A stretch of 63,956 nucleotides of DNA, the filler included, from Octopus bimaculoides (taxonomy: Eukaryota), in the NCBI RefSeq assembly GCF_001194135.2. It is 4 parts of 4 records of this genome, joined end to end, with 100 filler letters (N's around TTAATTAATTAA, not from the genome) between each part and the next. Parts side by side here need not be neighbours in the genome. Positions count along the whole stretch, not along the records: positions 1 to 13,176 come from NC_068982.1; positions 13,277 to 37,278 come from NC_068985.1; 2 more parts are not named here. One strand, written 5' to 3'. This document shows, in pieces, positions 11,921 to 25,556 of the stretch. Position 1 is the stretch's first letter, and each line of letters opens with the position of its first letter. Below the pieces are notes generated by a model. The model had not been told where the DNA came from and did no database searches. It saw only the letters and a program-made list of their open reading frames with translations. The position numbers and the translations under genes are program-made.

Positions 11921-12977
11921 CTTATCATATCATATCTAGCCACTGAGTAGATCCCTTAGCTATAATATTCCTGTCTGATTGACAGCTGACCTCGAGTTAG
12001 AGAACAACAATAACAACAATTGAAGCAGCAACAACCACAGTTATAACAATGAACAGGTGAAGCTAAAATACAGGTATTATGAGTTTATGAAATGCTCTTG
12101 CATTTTCATGGTATTCAGCTCACTTTATGTGATGGTGTATGACATAATGGTTAAGGTGTTGCACTTGCAATCACAACATTGGGATTTCAATTCTCAAGCT
12201 GGGCAGTGTATTGTGTTCTTTTTATAAACCAGGTAGAATTAGGAGGGCGATAGAGGATAAAGTAGGAATTGGTGGGAGGAGAATAAAGCAACAACAGAGT
12301 GTTGGAGATAGGAGAAAAAAGAGAAAGAAAATGCCCCTAGCACTTCAGGCTGTATTTTATCAACTTCACAACATGGGCATATGTGACTTTCATCAAATTC
12401 CAATGATAAAATTAGGTCAGCATAAATAAATACAGATGAAGATTGATGTCCTAAAAATACAAGCAAACAAGGCCTACAAAAAAATTAAATAAAGTTAAAT
12501 AAAAAATTTTTAATTCTTCAAAAAATTAACCATTATTTATTTATTTATTTATTTACATCTTTTGACAAATAAATAAATTCAGTACTTGATTGTTATATCT
12601 AGAAGCAATTTAAATGGACCTATTTTTTTAAAATTATCTAAAGGTTCTTTTTAAACTGTATATATAAATTTAAAATAAAATAAAATTTTTAAGACACTTT
12701 TTTTATAATTTTCTTTCTTTTGAGTTTTACATTTCAGTATTTGTTTTTTTACTTTGAAACTTACATTGAGATTCTTGTAATCAAATGAAGTGAATTTAAT
12801 TAAATACTTAAATCTAAGATAAAAAGGTATGTATATGCGTATGTAGGTATGTACACACACACACACACATATGTATGCACACACAAAAAGAATATATACT
12901 CATATGTTTGGATATTATTTGTATTCACTTATCTTCTACTGTCCAATCAGTACACACACACACACATATACACAATG

Positions 12978-13043
<66 letters not shown>

Positions 13044-13220
13044 TATATATATATATATAAATATATGTATATAATCTGTATATGTATATAATATAAACAT
13101 ATATAATATATGAATACACAAACACACACACACACATATATATATACACACAAACATACATATATATAGATGCATANNNNNNNNNNNNNNNNNNNNNNNN
13201 NNNNNNNNNNNNNNNNNNNN

Positions 13221-13232
13221 TTAATTAATTAA
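13221..13232. other. Synthetic assembly spacer TTAATTAATTAA in a 100-bp gap (also 37323-37334 and 57282-57293)
   Basis: Identical palindromic six-frame-stop 12-mer, flanked each time by 44 N on both sides. Confidence 0.9.
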
Positions 13233-13874
13233 NNNNNNNNNNNNNNNNNNNNNNNNNNNNNNNNNNNNNNNNNNNNTGCTTATATATATATATATATATA
13301 TATATAAAGAGAGAGAGAGGGGGGGACCAGTCAAGCAGCACATCACGCTGTAATTCTTGGGCTGAGAAATCAACACTTAAAAGCCATAATTTTAAGGAGC
13401 GATAAGAATTTTTGAATAAAGGAAAATGGGTAGGGGTCGGTAGGTACCGTCAGCGAGTAGATAGGGCTCTTAATTGTAGATTTTAAATATTTGAGAGACA
13501 ACAATGCATGAATCGTAATTTTTAAAAGAGCAATGAATTCTGCGTTTCAAAATTAAAATTAATTATATTTACCTATTTCTCTCCTCAGTGTAATATTCCA
13601 AGTTATAAATTTGTGAGTATCAGGATTAAATATGTATGAGATCAAGCATCATCGCATAACTGATATTCAACCATACTCCCAAAAATATACAGCTGAATGT
13701 GAATACATATTTATCCTTTATATCCACGTGTGTGTGTTACAAACTATCCCACAGCAAACTGCAGTTTCAGTCAGGGAGTAAATTAAAATTATAATAATAA
13801 TATAGGGTAAGATTAATTAATTAATTAATTAATTGATTAATAATTAATAATATATATATATACACACACAGACA

Positions 13875-13910
<36 letters not shown>

Positions 13911-14551
13911 CACACGGATATATTTGTGTGCATGTGTGTGTGTGTGTGTGTGTATGTTTGTGTGTGTGTAATGATAACAGGATGTTAACGATGTTTAATA
14001 GAATATTTCACTGAATTTTACTTTATTGTGATGGTGATATAAAAAAAGTACGAGTATAGCAAACACTCTGTTGAAGTACATTAATTGCTTAATATGTAAA
14101 ACTAAACAAAATGGCATAATATTGCATATTAAAATTTTGGTCGAAAAATTCTAAGATATATTTTGGAAAAATACTTCTTTAAATATCTGGAGCCAGGGCC
14201 AGATTTATAGGGGTGCAGAGGGAGCAATTGTCCTGGGCATGTGATGATACTGGGGTCCTCTGCTACTAAGGGTATGTAGCACTCAATACAGGAAGCCCTT
14301 CCCCCCATTTTCCAGCAATCAGGCATGAAGAAATTCTCTTTCAATATACAAAGATATCTAGACTTCTTAAAAAATGTAATGGATTCTGTTTTATGATAAA
14401 TAACCATAGATTCTGCCATCTTAGAGACATCAATTAATTCAATTAAAAAGCAGTTTACTACCCACCCCTAGCTTCCAGTTCCTAAGGGAATTGTTGCTGC
14501 TTTTGGAACAACGATAGAGAAAAGAGAAACTCTTGAAAATGTATGTATGTA

Positions 14552-14602
<51 letters not shown>

Positions 14603-15111
14603 ATGAATGTATATAAAGATAAAGAGATTGAGTGAAAGAAGTTACTGTCTCTCAGTTAGATTCCTTCTTTCAATACATCACTGAGCAATGACCTTGGCAT
14701 GACTGATCACAGTTAAAGGCACACACACACACACCCACACACACACACACACACATACAAATTTCTACTTCTAAACTTATTTCAGTGAGGCAATGAAAAC
14801 TGATCTTATTTTATGAAACAAATAAGTAAAGAAATGTTCCAAAATTAAAATTTTGAATTTAATTTTAATTATAAAATTATATCTCTCAACAGCTAAAAGC
14901 ATTCTTTTTCGGTTTCAGAATTATTGCATATATATTCAAATGTTTTTTATTAAATCAAACCTTTTATCTTTCTTATTTTTTTTCCTCTACTTTTTGTCAT
15001 TCTGTCAAACACTTGAAATTACTATATGGAAGTGGAACAATATTGGTAACTTGGTCAAAATGAATAATTTCTGATTTCTTGTTATTTTCTCCCTACTTGC
15101 TTGAAACCATT

Positions 15112-15501
15112 GTGGAGGCACAATGGCCCAGTGGTTAGGGCAGTGGACTCGTGGTCGTATGATCGCGGTTTCGATTCCCAGACTGGGCAATGTGAGTGTT
15201 TATTGAGCGAAAACACCTAAAGTTCCACAACGCTCCGGCAGGGGATGGTGGCGAACCCTGCTGTACTCTTTCCCCGCAACTTTCTCTCACTCTTACTTCC
15301 TGTTTCTGTTGTACCTGTATTTCAAAGGGCCAGCCTTGTCACACTCTGTGTCACACTGAATATCCCTGAGAACTACGTTAAGGGTACACGTGTCTGTGGA
15401 GTGCTCAGTCACTTGCACATTAATTTCATGAGCAGACTGTTCTGTTGATCGGATCAACTGGAACTCTCGTCGTCGTAACCAACGGAGTGCCAACAAAAGT
15501 A
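15112..15501 (+). mobile_element. tRNA-derived SINE (family A head, different 3' half) with a 12-bp TSD
   Basis: First ~190 bp homologous to 510-705. TSD CTTGAAACCATT at 15100-11 and 15502-13. Confidence 0.85.
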
Positions 15502-16819
15502 CTTGAAACCATTACATTGCAATTATTGCATTCCCATTTTGTACTGTTGCATCACCTTTGACAGTAAAAATTGGTTAGTACGTTTTACGGAGTTGTTAAA
15601 GTTGAGAGTTTGAAACATAGGTAACAGATACTTTTTTTCTCAAGAAATTTTTCTTCAAATTTGACCCAATTGCTGATAAAATAGCTGAATAATTTTTGGT
15701 GTTTAACCATCAAAATTCTTTTCTCTGTTTTATTCCACATCAATTTTTTTTCCATACTAATATCTAATTTGATAATTTTCAAGTTTTAAAAACAAAAATG
15801 TCTAAATAGGGAAACCATTTTAAAAGGAGAATTTCTTAAATCCATGTCTTTTCAATGTTGGTGTCTCCACCCACCCCTCACACACACACACACTATTCAT
15901 GCCTTTGGAACAGCAACAACTACAAAAATGATTCTTTCTCTTTTTTGTAATTTTCCGTCATTTTATCTTATTCCATGTTCTGAAACATTTGAAAGAAAAA
16001 ATCTTGCCCCCTTCTTCCCTGCTTCTTTATACTTTTCACGATGAAGGAAAAGTCAAACACCATAAGTGAATGTATGAAAAACGAAATCTGGATTTAAGTG
16101 TATCTATAAAGCGACATTTTCAATCATTTGTTTAAACTTTCACTGCTAACTCATTGAATTCAATTACATGAAATAAATGGGGTTTGAGATTTAGATTTGG
16201 TACTTTTCTAAGATTTTAATTCTTGTGTATAAGGAGCTCATTGAACTCTGGACCCCCCCCCCCCATAGTTTAACTCCGCTCATGTCTGGTGCAGCAAAAG
16301 TATCTTAATAACAAAGACAATCACAACAGTAACAGTGACAGTATTTTTATCATTGTTGCTGCTGTTGCTATCAGCATTGTGAACATTGTTATAGTTGTTG
16401 TCTAGCCCCACATCAACCAAGAATGGTCAGACGTATGGTCAAGTATATTCAAAGCTTGAGTATCCTGTCTTATCAAATCTAGTTTATTCCACACTTACAG
16501 TACCTGATATATTCTTTGGGTTTTTTATTTGTTTGGGTTTTTTTTTGTTTTGTTTTTTTGGTGGGGGATTCAAGCTGGTAAGTGTATTTTGTAAAAGATT
16601 TGATTGTTTTTTCCCAAAATGCTAAGTAGCCATGTAGAGCAATGATTCCCAACATGGGGCATGTTCCCCCACTGGTGGAGCATGGGATCCAAATTGTCTT
16701 TTTCTTCTTTTTTTTATCGGTGGGACATGGAATTGTGAAAATCTTTGTTTTTCCTTATTAATCAATAATGTACTTCTTTTTTTACTCTGTACTTAATAAA
16801 CGAGTTACTGGTAGATTAT

Positions 16820-17042
16820 TTGTATTTTATCTTCTTACATGTTTCAGTCATTTGACTGCAGCCATGCTGGAGTGCCACCTTGAAGTGCTTTTGTCAGACT
16901 GCTTGACCCAAGAATCTATTTTTAAGCCTATTCTATTTGTCCCTTTGCTGTACTGTTAAGCTACAGGGACATAAACACACCAACACTGGTTGTCAAGTGA
17001 TGATGGGAGGACAAAAACAGACACAAAGACACACACACACAC

Positions 17043-17075
<33 letters not shown>

Positions 17076-17297
17076 NNNNNNNNNNNNNNNNNNNNNNNNN
17101 TCTGGATGTTTGTACATTTACAGATTTTTATTAATGTCACATATTAAATAAAGCGCTTTTCACCTAGTCGTGAAGGATTTTCTCAAAACAATTTGAAAAT
17201 CCTACACGACTAGGTGAAAAGCGCTTTATTTAATATGTGACATTAAGAAAAATCTGTAAATGTACAAACATCCAGATTTCTGAGTACCTTAATTTTT

Positions 17298-17336
<39 letters not shown>

Positions 17337-17490
17337 CACAAAAGGCTTCTTTCAGTTTCTGTCCATCAAATCCACTTACAAGGCTTTGGTTGGCCTGAGG
17401 CTATCGTAAAAGACACTTGCCCAATGTGTCACACAGTGGGGCTGAACCCAGAACGATGTGGTTGGGAAGCAAGCTTCTTACCACACATAA
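16820..17490 (-). mobile_element. SINE family B nested in the hAT MITE
   Basis: Tail 16820-17040 and head 17340-17490. The centre holds (TA)n, a gap and the 17101-17276 hairpin. Confidence 0.85.
17101..17276. repeat. Near-perfect 72-bp-arm inverted repeat
   Basis: 17101-17172 is the reverse complement of 17205-17276 with one mismatch. The spacer also pairs (AGGATTTTC/GAAAATCCT). Confidence 0.95.
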
Positions 17491-18037
17491 TTTTGATAAA
17501 ATATTAAAAATAAAGTTTTTTTTTTCCAACCACCAGTGGGGCATACATTTTTCTGGAAAGTTATAGTAGGGCCTGGGGGGAAATATGTTGGGAAACAACG
17601 TTGAAGAGTCTTTCTCATGCTATATGGAGTCTTAAGTAGTGTGCATAAGTGTGAGAGAGAGAGGGGGGAGTAGAAGAAGGAGAATAGGAAGGGGAGGATA
17701 AGGTGATGATAGTGGTAACAGAGGTGGTGATGGCAGCGAGGAGGAACAGGAGAGGCTGAGAGGGAGGAGAAAAGGAAGGAAGGGGATGAAAAGGACTAGA
17801 AAAAAAAGGAAGAAAATCAAGTGATAACATAATGAGACAGTGGGAATAAAGAAAAAGACAAAAGAAAAGGAAAAGCACAAGAAATGTCATGATGGTGGGG
17901 AGTATCTGCAGACAAGTGTTTTGAAATTACAAAAGCATCCCTTATTCATATAAACATATTTGTCACCAAAATCCATCTACATGAATAATGGTTCCACTTT
18001 TCCTTTCTGACATAAAGAAATAAGCAAAAGGCCGTCC

Positions 18038-18039
<2 letters not shown>

Positions 18040-18095
<56 letters not shown>

Positions 18096-18116
18096 GTGTG
18101 TGTGTGTATATGTGTG

Positions 18117-18161
<45 letters not shown>

Positions 18162-18167
18162 GTGTGT

Positions 18168-18257
<90 letters not shown>

Positions 18258-18381
18258 CATGTGTATGTGTTTATATATATATGTATGTGTATATATATAT
18301 ATATGCATGTGTGTATATACACATATATATGCATGTATATATGTATATATATTTACATATTTATATATGTATGTATGTATT

Positions 18382-18433
<52 letters not shown>
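18040..18433. repeat. Compound (TACA)n/(TA)n/(TG)n microsatellite; representative of many such tracts (e.g. 12.9-13.2, 26.8-27.7, 28.3-30.0, 41.4-42.4 kb)
   Basis: Direct reading. Confidence 0.95.
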
Positions 18434-19060
18434 NNNNNNNNNNNNNNNNNNNNNNNNNNNNNNNNNNNNNNNNNNNNNNNNNNNNNNNNNNNNNNNNNNN
18501 NNNNNNNNNNNNNNNNNNNNNNNNNNNNNNNNNNNNNNNNNNNNNNNNNNNNNNNNNNNNNNNNNNNNNNNNNNNNNNNNNNNNNNNNNNNNNNNNNNNN
18601 NNNNNNNNNNNNNNNNNNNNNNNNNNNNNNNNNNNNNNNNNNNNNNNNNNNNNNNNNNNNNNNNNNNNNNNNNNNNNNNNNNNNNNNNNNNNNNNNNNNN
18701 NNNNNNNNNNNNNNNNNNNNNNNNNNNNNNNNNNNNNNNNNNNNNNNNNNNNNNNNNNNNNNNNNNNNNNNNNNNNNNNNNNNNNNNNNNNNNNNNNNNN
18801 NNNNNNNNNNNNNNNNNNNNNNNNNNNNNNNNNNNNNNNNNNNNNNNNNNNNNNNNNNNNNNNNNNNNNNNNNNNNNNNNNNNNNNNNNNNNNNNNNNNN
18901 NNNNNNNNNNNNNNNNNNNNNNNNNNNNNNNNNNNNNNNNNNNNNNNATATATATACTTATGTATAAATGTTATATTAAAATGGTCTGTCCAACAAACAG
19001 TTATCTCATAGCATATCAGATAACAAACATATTCATACATATATAAATGTGTTTGTGTGT

Positions 19061-19098
<38 letters not shown>

Positions 19099-19959
19099 TA
19101 TATTGCAGATATAATTTGCTCATTTTCATCCCATCTAACCTGGAAAAAAATGAATGCTAAAACGATGACAATGACGTTTATAAGCATCATGATGACAATA
19201 GCAATGACATAATGACAACAATGATATATGAATGCATTTTTCATATTGCAGTCGATTTTTCCCCTTTTTTTGTATGTGTGTGTGTTTTGGTGGTGAAGGA
19301 GGAGTGGGTCTCAACTGTTAGGGTAATGTTTTATTTTGTTTTGTTTTTTGCAATTTACTTCTTTTATTTTCTTTTTTGTTGTTTTTCTATATATTTTTGG
19401 TACCTCTTCCATCTTTGCTCTGTGATTTTTTTTCTTTTTCTTTGATAAGAATAGAAAGTAGATGATTGGTTTCTGTTGCTGTTGAAATTTCTGTCAAAGC
19501 AAATAGCCAAAAATAGATTGGCCATTATTCGGACAACTGTGCATTTGACCAAAAATGAATACATAAACAAATAAATAAATAAGTAGATAAACATAGATAA
19601 TAAAAATTTCTAAACAAAAAAAAAAATCAAAATAGCTATGTACAAGCAAAAAGTTTATACATACCTGTCTTGGATGTACACTCTTATCATTGATGGATCA
19701 TTTCACACAAAAGTGCCATGTTATGTTGGCATGTTGTTTAGATAAAAAGCTTAAAACCACAACCCTGTAATGGTTGTTGATGTTGCTGTTGCTTTTGATG
19801 TCAATGATAATGGTGGTGGTGGTGGTGTAGGAGATGTAGGTGATGATCATGACAATTGTGATGATAAATTGTGTAATAGTGGTGTTGAAAATTATTAATG
19901 TTGTTGTAGTAGTTATTATTATTATTATTATTATTGTTATTATTATTATTATTATTATT

Positions 19960-20119
19960 TAGTTAGCACACCGGGCAAAATGCTTAGTGGTATTTCGTCC
20001 ATCTTTACGTTCTGAGTTCAAATTCCACCAAGGTCGACTTTGCCTTTCACCCTTTGGGGGTCAATAAATAAAGTACAATTGAGACACTTTCAGACCATGT
20101 GCCTTTAGTAGAAAGGATA

Positions 20120-20167
<48 letters not shown>

Positions 20168-20412
20168 GTTGTTGTTGTTGTTGTTGTTAGCATTATTAAA
20201 GCACCAACATGGCAAAACTATTAACCGTGCTGGGCCAAATGCTGAGTGGTATTTCATCCGTCTTTACATTCTGAGTTCAAATTCTACTGAGGTCAACTTT
20301 GCCTTTCATCATTTCAGGGCCAATGAAATAAGTACCAGTTCAACACTGGGGTTGATGTAATTGGTTTACTCTACCCCCAAATTTGCTGGCCTTGTGCCAA
20401 AATTTGAAACCA
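19960..20412 (+). mobile_element. Two family C SINEs separated by an (ATT)n tail
   Basis: Copies at about 19960-20125 and 20225-20412. Confidence 0.85.
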
Positions 20413-20433
20413 TTATCATCATCATCATCATCA

Positions 20434-20974
20434 TTATTTTCTCTTTATCACAGGTTTTGTTGGAGCTCCTGGAGTTTTATAATGTGTAGCGGGCTTGCTA
20501 CCTGCAGCCTACAGTACCATGCTATCCAACCTTTTCAGCTACCTAATACTTTCCTGATTATCCTGGCCGTGCCAAAGAAGCAAACCTTTTGTAATTGTTC
20601 TACTGGGCTCTCTATTCCAATTTCCTTTATATTCCCCTTGATGCCTTCTGATATTGTTCCCAAGGACCCACCAATAATTGGCGTTATCTTCACCTTCTTC
20701 ATTTTCCATAGCCGAGCTATTTCCTACTTAAGACGGTTGTATTTATCTATCTTTACGCCTTCCTTCTTGATTATTCGTGGGTCAAAGGGGCATGCAACAT
20801 CAACTATATAGCATATGTGGTGCATTTTGTCCACCACCACTAGGTCTAGTCTGTTATACTCTAGCTCCTAATCTTTTTGGATTGGGAAATCCCAGAGGAT
20901 TTTGCTAGTCTCTGACTCCACCGCTCTCTGCAGTTTGTGCTCATACTATGTCTTGCCGCTTTCTAGCCCCCACT
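20434..20974 (-). mobile_element. 5'-truncated R4/Dong-like non-LTR retrotransposon: restriction-like endonuclease C-terminus plus 3' UTR
   Basis: Minus frame 20970-20535 reads YEHK..KILWDFPIQKD*ELEYNRLDLVVVDK..IVDVACPFD..KE..KIDKY..PIIGGSLG..LQK..GTARIIRKVL*, with three internal stops. Flanked by (ATT)n and a (TGA/TAA)n tail. Confidence 0.88.
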
Positions 20975-20987
20975 ATTATTATTTATT

Positions 20988-21026
<39 letters not shown>

Positions 21027-21029
21027 TCT

Positions 21030-21290
21030 GTCTTTGCATTGAGTTTGACTTCACCTTTCATCCTTGTGGGATTGGTAGAAATAAGTACCAGTTAAACACT
21101 AGGGTTGATGAAATCAAGTAACCCCCTGCCCACAAACTTCAGGGCTTGTGCCATTAGTAGAAAGTAAGCTAGTAGAATCATCACCATGCTGAACAAAATG
21201 CTTTGTGGCAATTCAACCATCTTTGAGGTGTTCAAATTCCACCAAGGTCAACTTTGATTTTTGATTCTGCCAGCTTGCACCTTTGATAAT
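21030..21290 (+). mobile_element. Two family C fragments
   Basis: Truncated body-plus-tail, then a degenerate head. Confidence 0.65.
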
Positions 21291-24200
21291 TGCTACAATA
21301 ATAATAATAATAAACTCTGAAAATTTATAGCTATATGTTGATCATTAATGTTACTTTCTGATACATTTGCAGGTTTCTGTTACTAAATAACGAAACTCAC
21401 AGATGTCTTAGTACAGTCTCACTAGTTCCTGAAGATTCTCAAGACAAGCGTAAGTGTTCAAGAATTAATTTTATTTTTGTATTTATTGTGTTGTTATTGT
21501 TGATTTTGATGGTGACAATGGTGCCAATATCTTTAATAGAATCACAGCTAAAGTCAGTTATTCTTATAGTAAAAGTTTTGCTGGTTCACCTAACCATTTC
21601 AATTCAAAAAGATTATCTGATATCAATAATACTACTCCTTCACCTACTTGTAATTTCATTGTTACAGACACTTGTCTTCTCAATGCTATTTGCCCTTTGA
21701 AGGCAGTAGTTTATTCTAATAAAGTAGAACATGTCAGTAGCACGGTGTTTAACTCTTGCACAGGGTTAATTGTAAACAAATTCAAGATGATTTTTGCTAG
21801 CACATCCATTCCTTCAGTCACCCAGAGAAAAAATTTTATCTTAAGTACATTTGAGTTTTGAAAAGATCTGATCTGATTACATTCAAAATAAAACAAAATA
21901 TATTCTAAAGCAAGTAGCACAATATAAACATGGATCCTTCCATTCAAACTTACATTGTAAGCTGTGCTTGAGTGAAAAGTTCTATATTTTTTATTACAAG
22001 ACATGGATGTTTTAAATGAAAGATTCAACTTGTTGAGTTCTTGCAGACATGACTTTAAATATTTACTCTCTTTTTCTCTCTCCACCAAGAGATAAGTTCT
22101 TTTTGTCTCTCTCTAAACAATAAGCTCTTCTGCTGCTCCATTTCCTACTCTGAAGACTTAAATATTTCATTTCCATATTTTATATTTCCAATTCATTTCT
22201 CTAACACAGTTTGGTTATTTTGCACATTAGTATTTTTCTTTCATAATTCATTATCTTTCATACTCGTCTATTTTATGTTTCCTATACTTTCTTATTTTAT
22301 TTTCATTGAACATATTTCTACTAATTTTGTTCTTTTATTCTCGTATTTTCCATTTCTCTTTATTTTCTTCTTATTTTCTCCATCCAGAAAATTTTCCCTC
22401 TTGCATCTCTTCATTTATTTAATGTTATTTTATACAAACTGGTCATATGGGTAACCAATAAGATCATTTTACTTTTAATTTCAACTAACTGAAACATGGC
22501 TAAATATCCGCATATCTCTTAAGTACATAAAAGATATGTATGTCTTTTACATATCTATCTCATATTCTTAAATTTTTGATAATCATCTGCTGATTGGAAA
22601 CAAAAAAACTTACATTTAGAATTTGTAATGTTTCTACTTCTAAAAAGTATTATACATGTATGTATACATGTGTGTATACATATGACTAGAGAGAAGTGAA
22701 GAAATGACAACATCCAAAAGTGTTGAAAGGAAAATTGAGTGTAAGAGGCAAGAAATGTAATGTACAACAAAAAAAAAACTGCACTAGTATGGTCATGCAA
22801 TGAATATGGATGAAGAGAGCTGCATAAAGAAGTGTTGATCATTAAATGTGGATGAAACTTGTAGAAGACATGAGACAACAAAGTAAAGCCAGGTTGCTGA
22901 GCCTCATGGAGGAGATGGCAATTAGTTGCAATGAATGGAAAAATACCATGCTTGAGAAGGCCCATCCATCTCAGTAAAAACAAGGTCCACAAAGCATATC
23001 ATTAATGTCTATGCCCTTGCATCCAGTCTGTACAAGTCAATCTTTACCAGCAATTCATCTTCATAAAACTCAGTTCTCTCTCACCCTTCTACAGTGTTAT
23101 TTCTCTGCTGCTGTAATTATATGAGAACCAAACTGCACATATCTCGTCATCCACTTGGTGCTACCAGTAATCCACCTCATGGAACCATTTCCCTTACCAC
23201 CCACCCTACATTCCTAACATCACCCCTCATCTATATGTCCACTGAACATCCCTTTCCTTCCCTGAACACTCTCTGACTTCTGTCAGTGATGCTCCTTTTT
23301 GTAACTCACAATACCCTCTCCTATGTACCTCTAACCTCTGTCTCAGTCTCTATGCATCTTTGCTCACCCACACGCTCTCACCCACACGCTTCATCTCATC
23401 TTTTTATGGTTCTCCACCACCCTCGATTTTTTTTGTCTGTATTACCATCTGTTACTTCCTCCATGACCCACTGGTATTTTCCTTACATTTCCCCTACTGC
23501 ACTCACTTCTGTTTTCAACTCTATCTGTCTGTCACTCTCCTTTCACGCTCTTGTAACCCTACCTACAAACACAGCCATCCTTGAGTCTCTCCTCCATTCT
23601 CTCCCCATCCACCTACTTGTATCTGGAGCATATGCACTGACACTTCATCTCCACCATCCTTACATGCTCTCCTGCTGGAGTAGCCACATAACTCCTCTCC
23701 ATCAAGATGTATGTCCTTGACCCTCTTTTCTACTTTAGTCTCTTTACGCCCAACACAAACCCACCTCTCTTAATTCTGCCTCTACACTGTGTCTAGGGAG
23801 TTTTGCAAGTTGCTTGGTGACCACACTAGTGCTTGTTCCACAAAAACAAGTACCTTGTACCCGCTGTGAAGTGGTTGGCATTAAGAAAAGCATCCAGCCA
23901 TAGAAACCTTGCTAAGGCAGACAATGTAGCTTTCACTAATAAAGCACCCTCATACAGCTGTTGCTAAAAAATATTTAATTATATAGTTATTCTAAATAAT
24001 AATTTAGAATATTTAGAATATAATATTTAATTATATAGTTATTCTAAAAAACAATCTTATATAATGATTATATAAATGTAAACTCAGCAACTAAAAGCTG
24101 GTGCCTGGTGCAGAAACAAATGTTGTGATTTGCTATTAAAGCCTAGTATCTTCTATGCTCATGTTATTTTATTTTCATATTAATCCTATGCCTATGAGGA

Positions 24201-24311
24201 GTTCCACATGTCTGTGCAGCACTGGTAAATATGCTGCTGTAGAATAACATGTGGTAGCTAAATGATGGTATAGGAGCTCATAAATGCATGTTAAGAGGTT
24301 AACCAAAATAC

Positions 24312-24355
<44 letters not shown>

Positions 24356-25254
24356 NNNNNNNNNNNNNNNNNNNNNNNNNNNNNNNNNNNNNNNNNNNNN
24401 NNNNNNNNNNNNNNNNNNNNNNNNNNNNNNNNNNNNNNNNNNNNNNNNNNNNNNNNNNNNNNNNNNNNNNNNNNNNNNNNNNNNNNNNNNNNNNNNNNNN
24501 NNNNNNNNNNNNNNNNNNNNNNNNNNNNNNNNNNNNNNNNNNNNNNNNNNNNNNNNNNNNNNNNNNNNNNNNNNNNNNNNNNNNNNNNNNNNNNNNNNNN
24601 NNNNNNNNNNNNNNNNNNNNNNNNNNNNNNNNNNNNNNNNNNNNNNNNNNNNNNNNNNNNNNNNNNNNNNNNNNNNNNNNNNNNNNNNNNNNNNNNNNNN
24701 NNNNNNNNNNNNNNNNNNNNNNNNNNNNNNNNNNNNNNNNNNNNNNNNNNNNNNNNNNNNNNNNNNNNNNNNNNNNNNNNNNNNNNNNNNNNNNNNNNNN
24801 NNNNNNNNNNNNNNNNNNNNNNNNNNNNNNNNNNNNNNNNNNNNNNNNNNNNNNNNNNNNNNNNNNNNNNNNNNNNNNNNNNNNNNNNNNNNNNNNNNNN
24901 NNNNNNNNNNNNNNNNNNNNNNNNNNNNNNNNNNNNNNNNNNNNNNNNNNNNNNNNNNNNNNNNNNNNNNNNNNNNNNNNNNNNNNNNNNNNNNNNNNNN
25001 NNNNNNNNNNNNNNNNNNNNNNNGGTAAGCAAGCTACTTACCACACAGCCAAGCCTGCACCTATATATATATACATACACATTTATACAACAGGCTTCCA
25101 CACACACACACTCACACTCACACACTCACACACGCATGTGCACACACACACACACTCACACACACAAGGCCAACCTGGTGCTGTAGTTGGAGACACTTGC
25201 CCAAGGTGCCTTCCAGTCATGAGCTGAATGTCTTAACCACCAATCCATGTGCCT

Positions 25255-25490
25255 TCACTTTATTTTCACACTCCTCCAGCCCACTCAGCTGGTAAAAATG
25301 TGTAATACCTGTATTTCCAAGGCCAGCTTTGTCACATCTTGTATCATGCTGAATCTCCCTGAAAACTACGACATTAAGGGTATGCGTGTGTATGGAATAC
25401 TCAGCCACTTGCATGTTAATTTAATGAGCAGGCTGTTCTGTTGATTGGACCAACTGGAACCCTCATCGTTGTAGCTGACAGACTATCAGT
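25255..25490 (+). mobile_element. SINE 3' part sharing the tail of 15112-15501
   Basis: CCAGCCCACTCAGCTGG followed by the GGCCAGC..GAAAACTACG..CAACTGGAACCCTC tail. Confidence 0.7.
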
Positions 25491-25506
25491 TGTTGATGAA
25501 TGGCTG

Positions 25507-25556
<50 letters not shown>

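Larger units (their letters stand above)
16640..17600. mobile_element. hAT-like MITE carrying a nested SINE
   Basis: TIRs CAATGATTCCCAACAT / ATGTTGGGAAACAACG (13/16). Flanking 8-mers ATGTAGAG and TTGAAGAG (6/8) fit a decayed 8-bp TSD. Confidence 0.6.

Noticed and set aside
13177-13276. Recurrent TTAATTAATTAA motif
   Set aside because: Always centred in a 44N+12+44N block, so it is an assembler spacer rather than biology.
14194-14330. CAGGGCCAGAT.. hAT-like ends (also about 34795 and 63537)
   Set aside because: No matching opposite TIR found, so left uncalled.
15565-15620. Exon-like segments with good splice sites (also 33066-33125)
   Set aside because: Stops in all three frames; indistinguishable from chance without RNA data.
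22990-23790. Pyrimidine-rich stretch with 144-aa and 74-aa ORFs, considered as a LINE relic
   Set aside because: Only an isolated FVDL tetrapeptide; no RT or endonuclease motifs in any frame I read.
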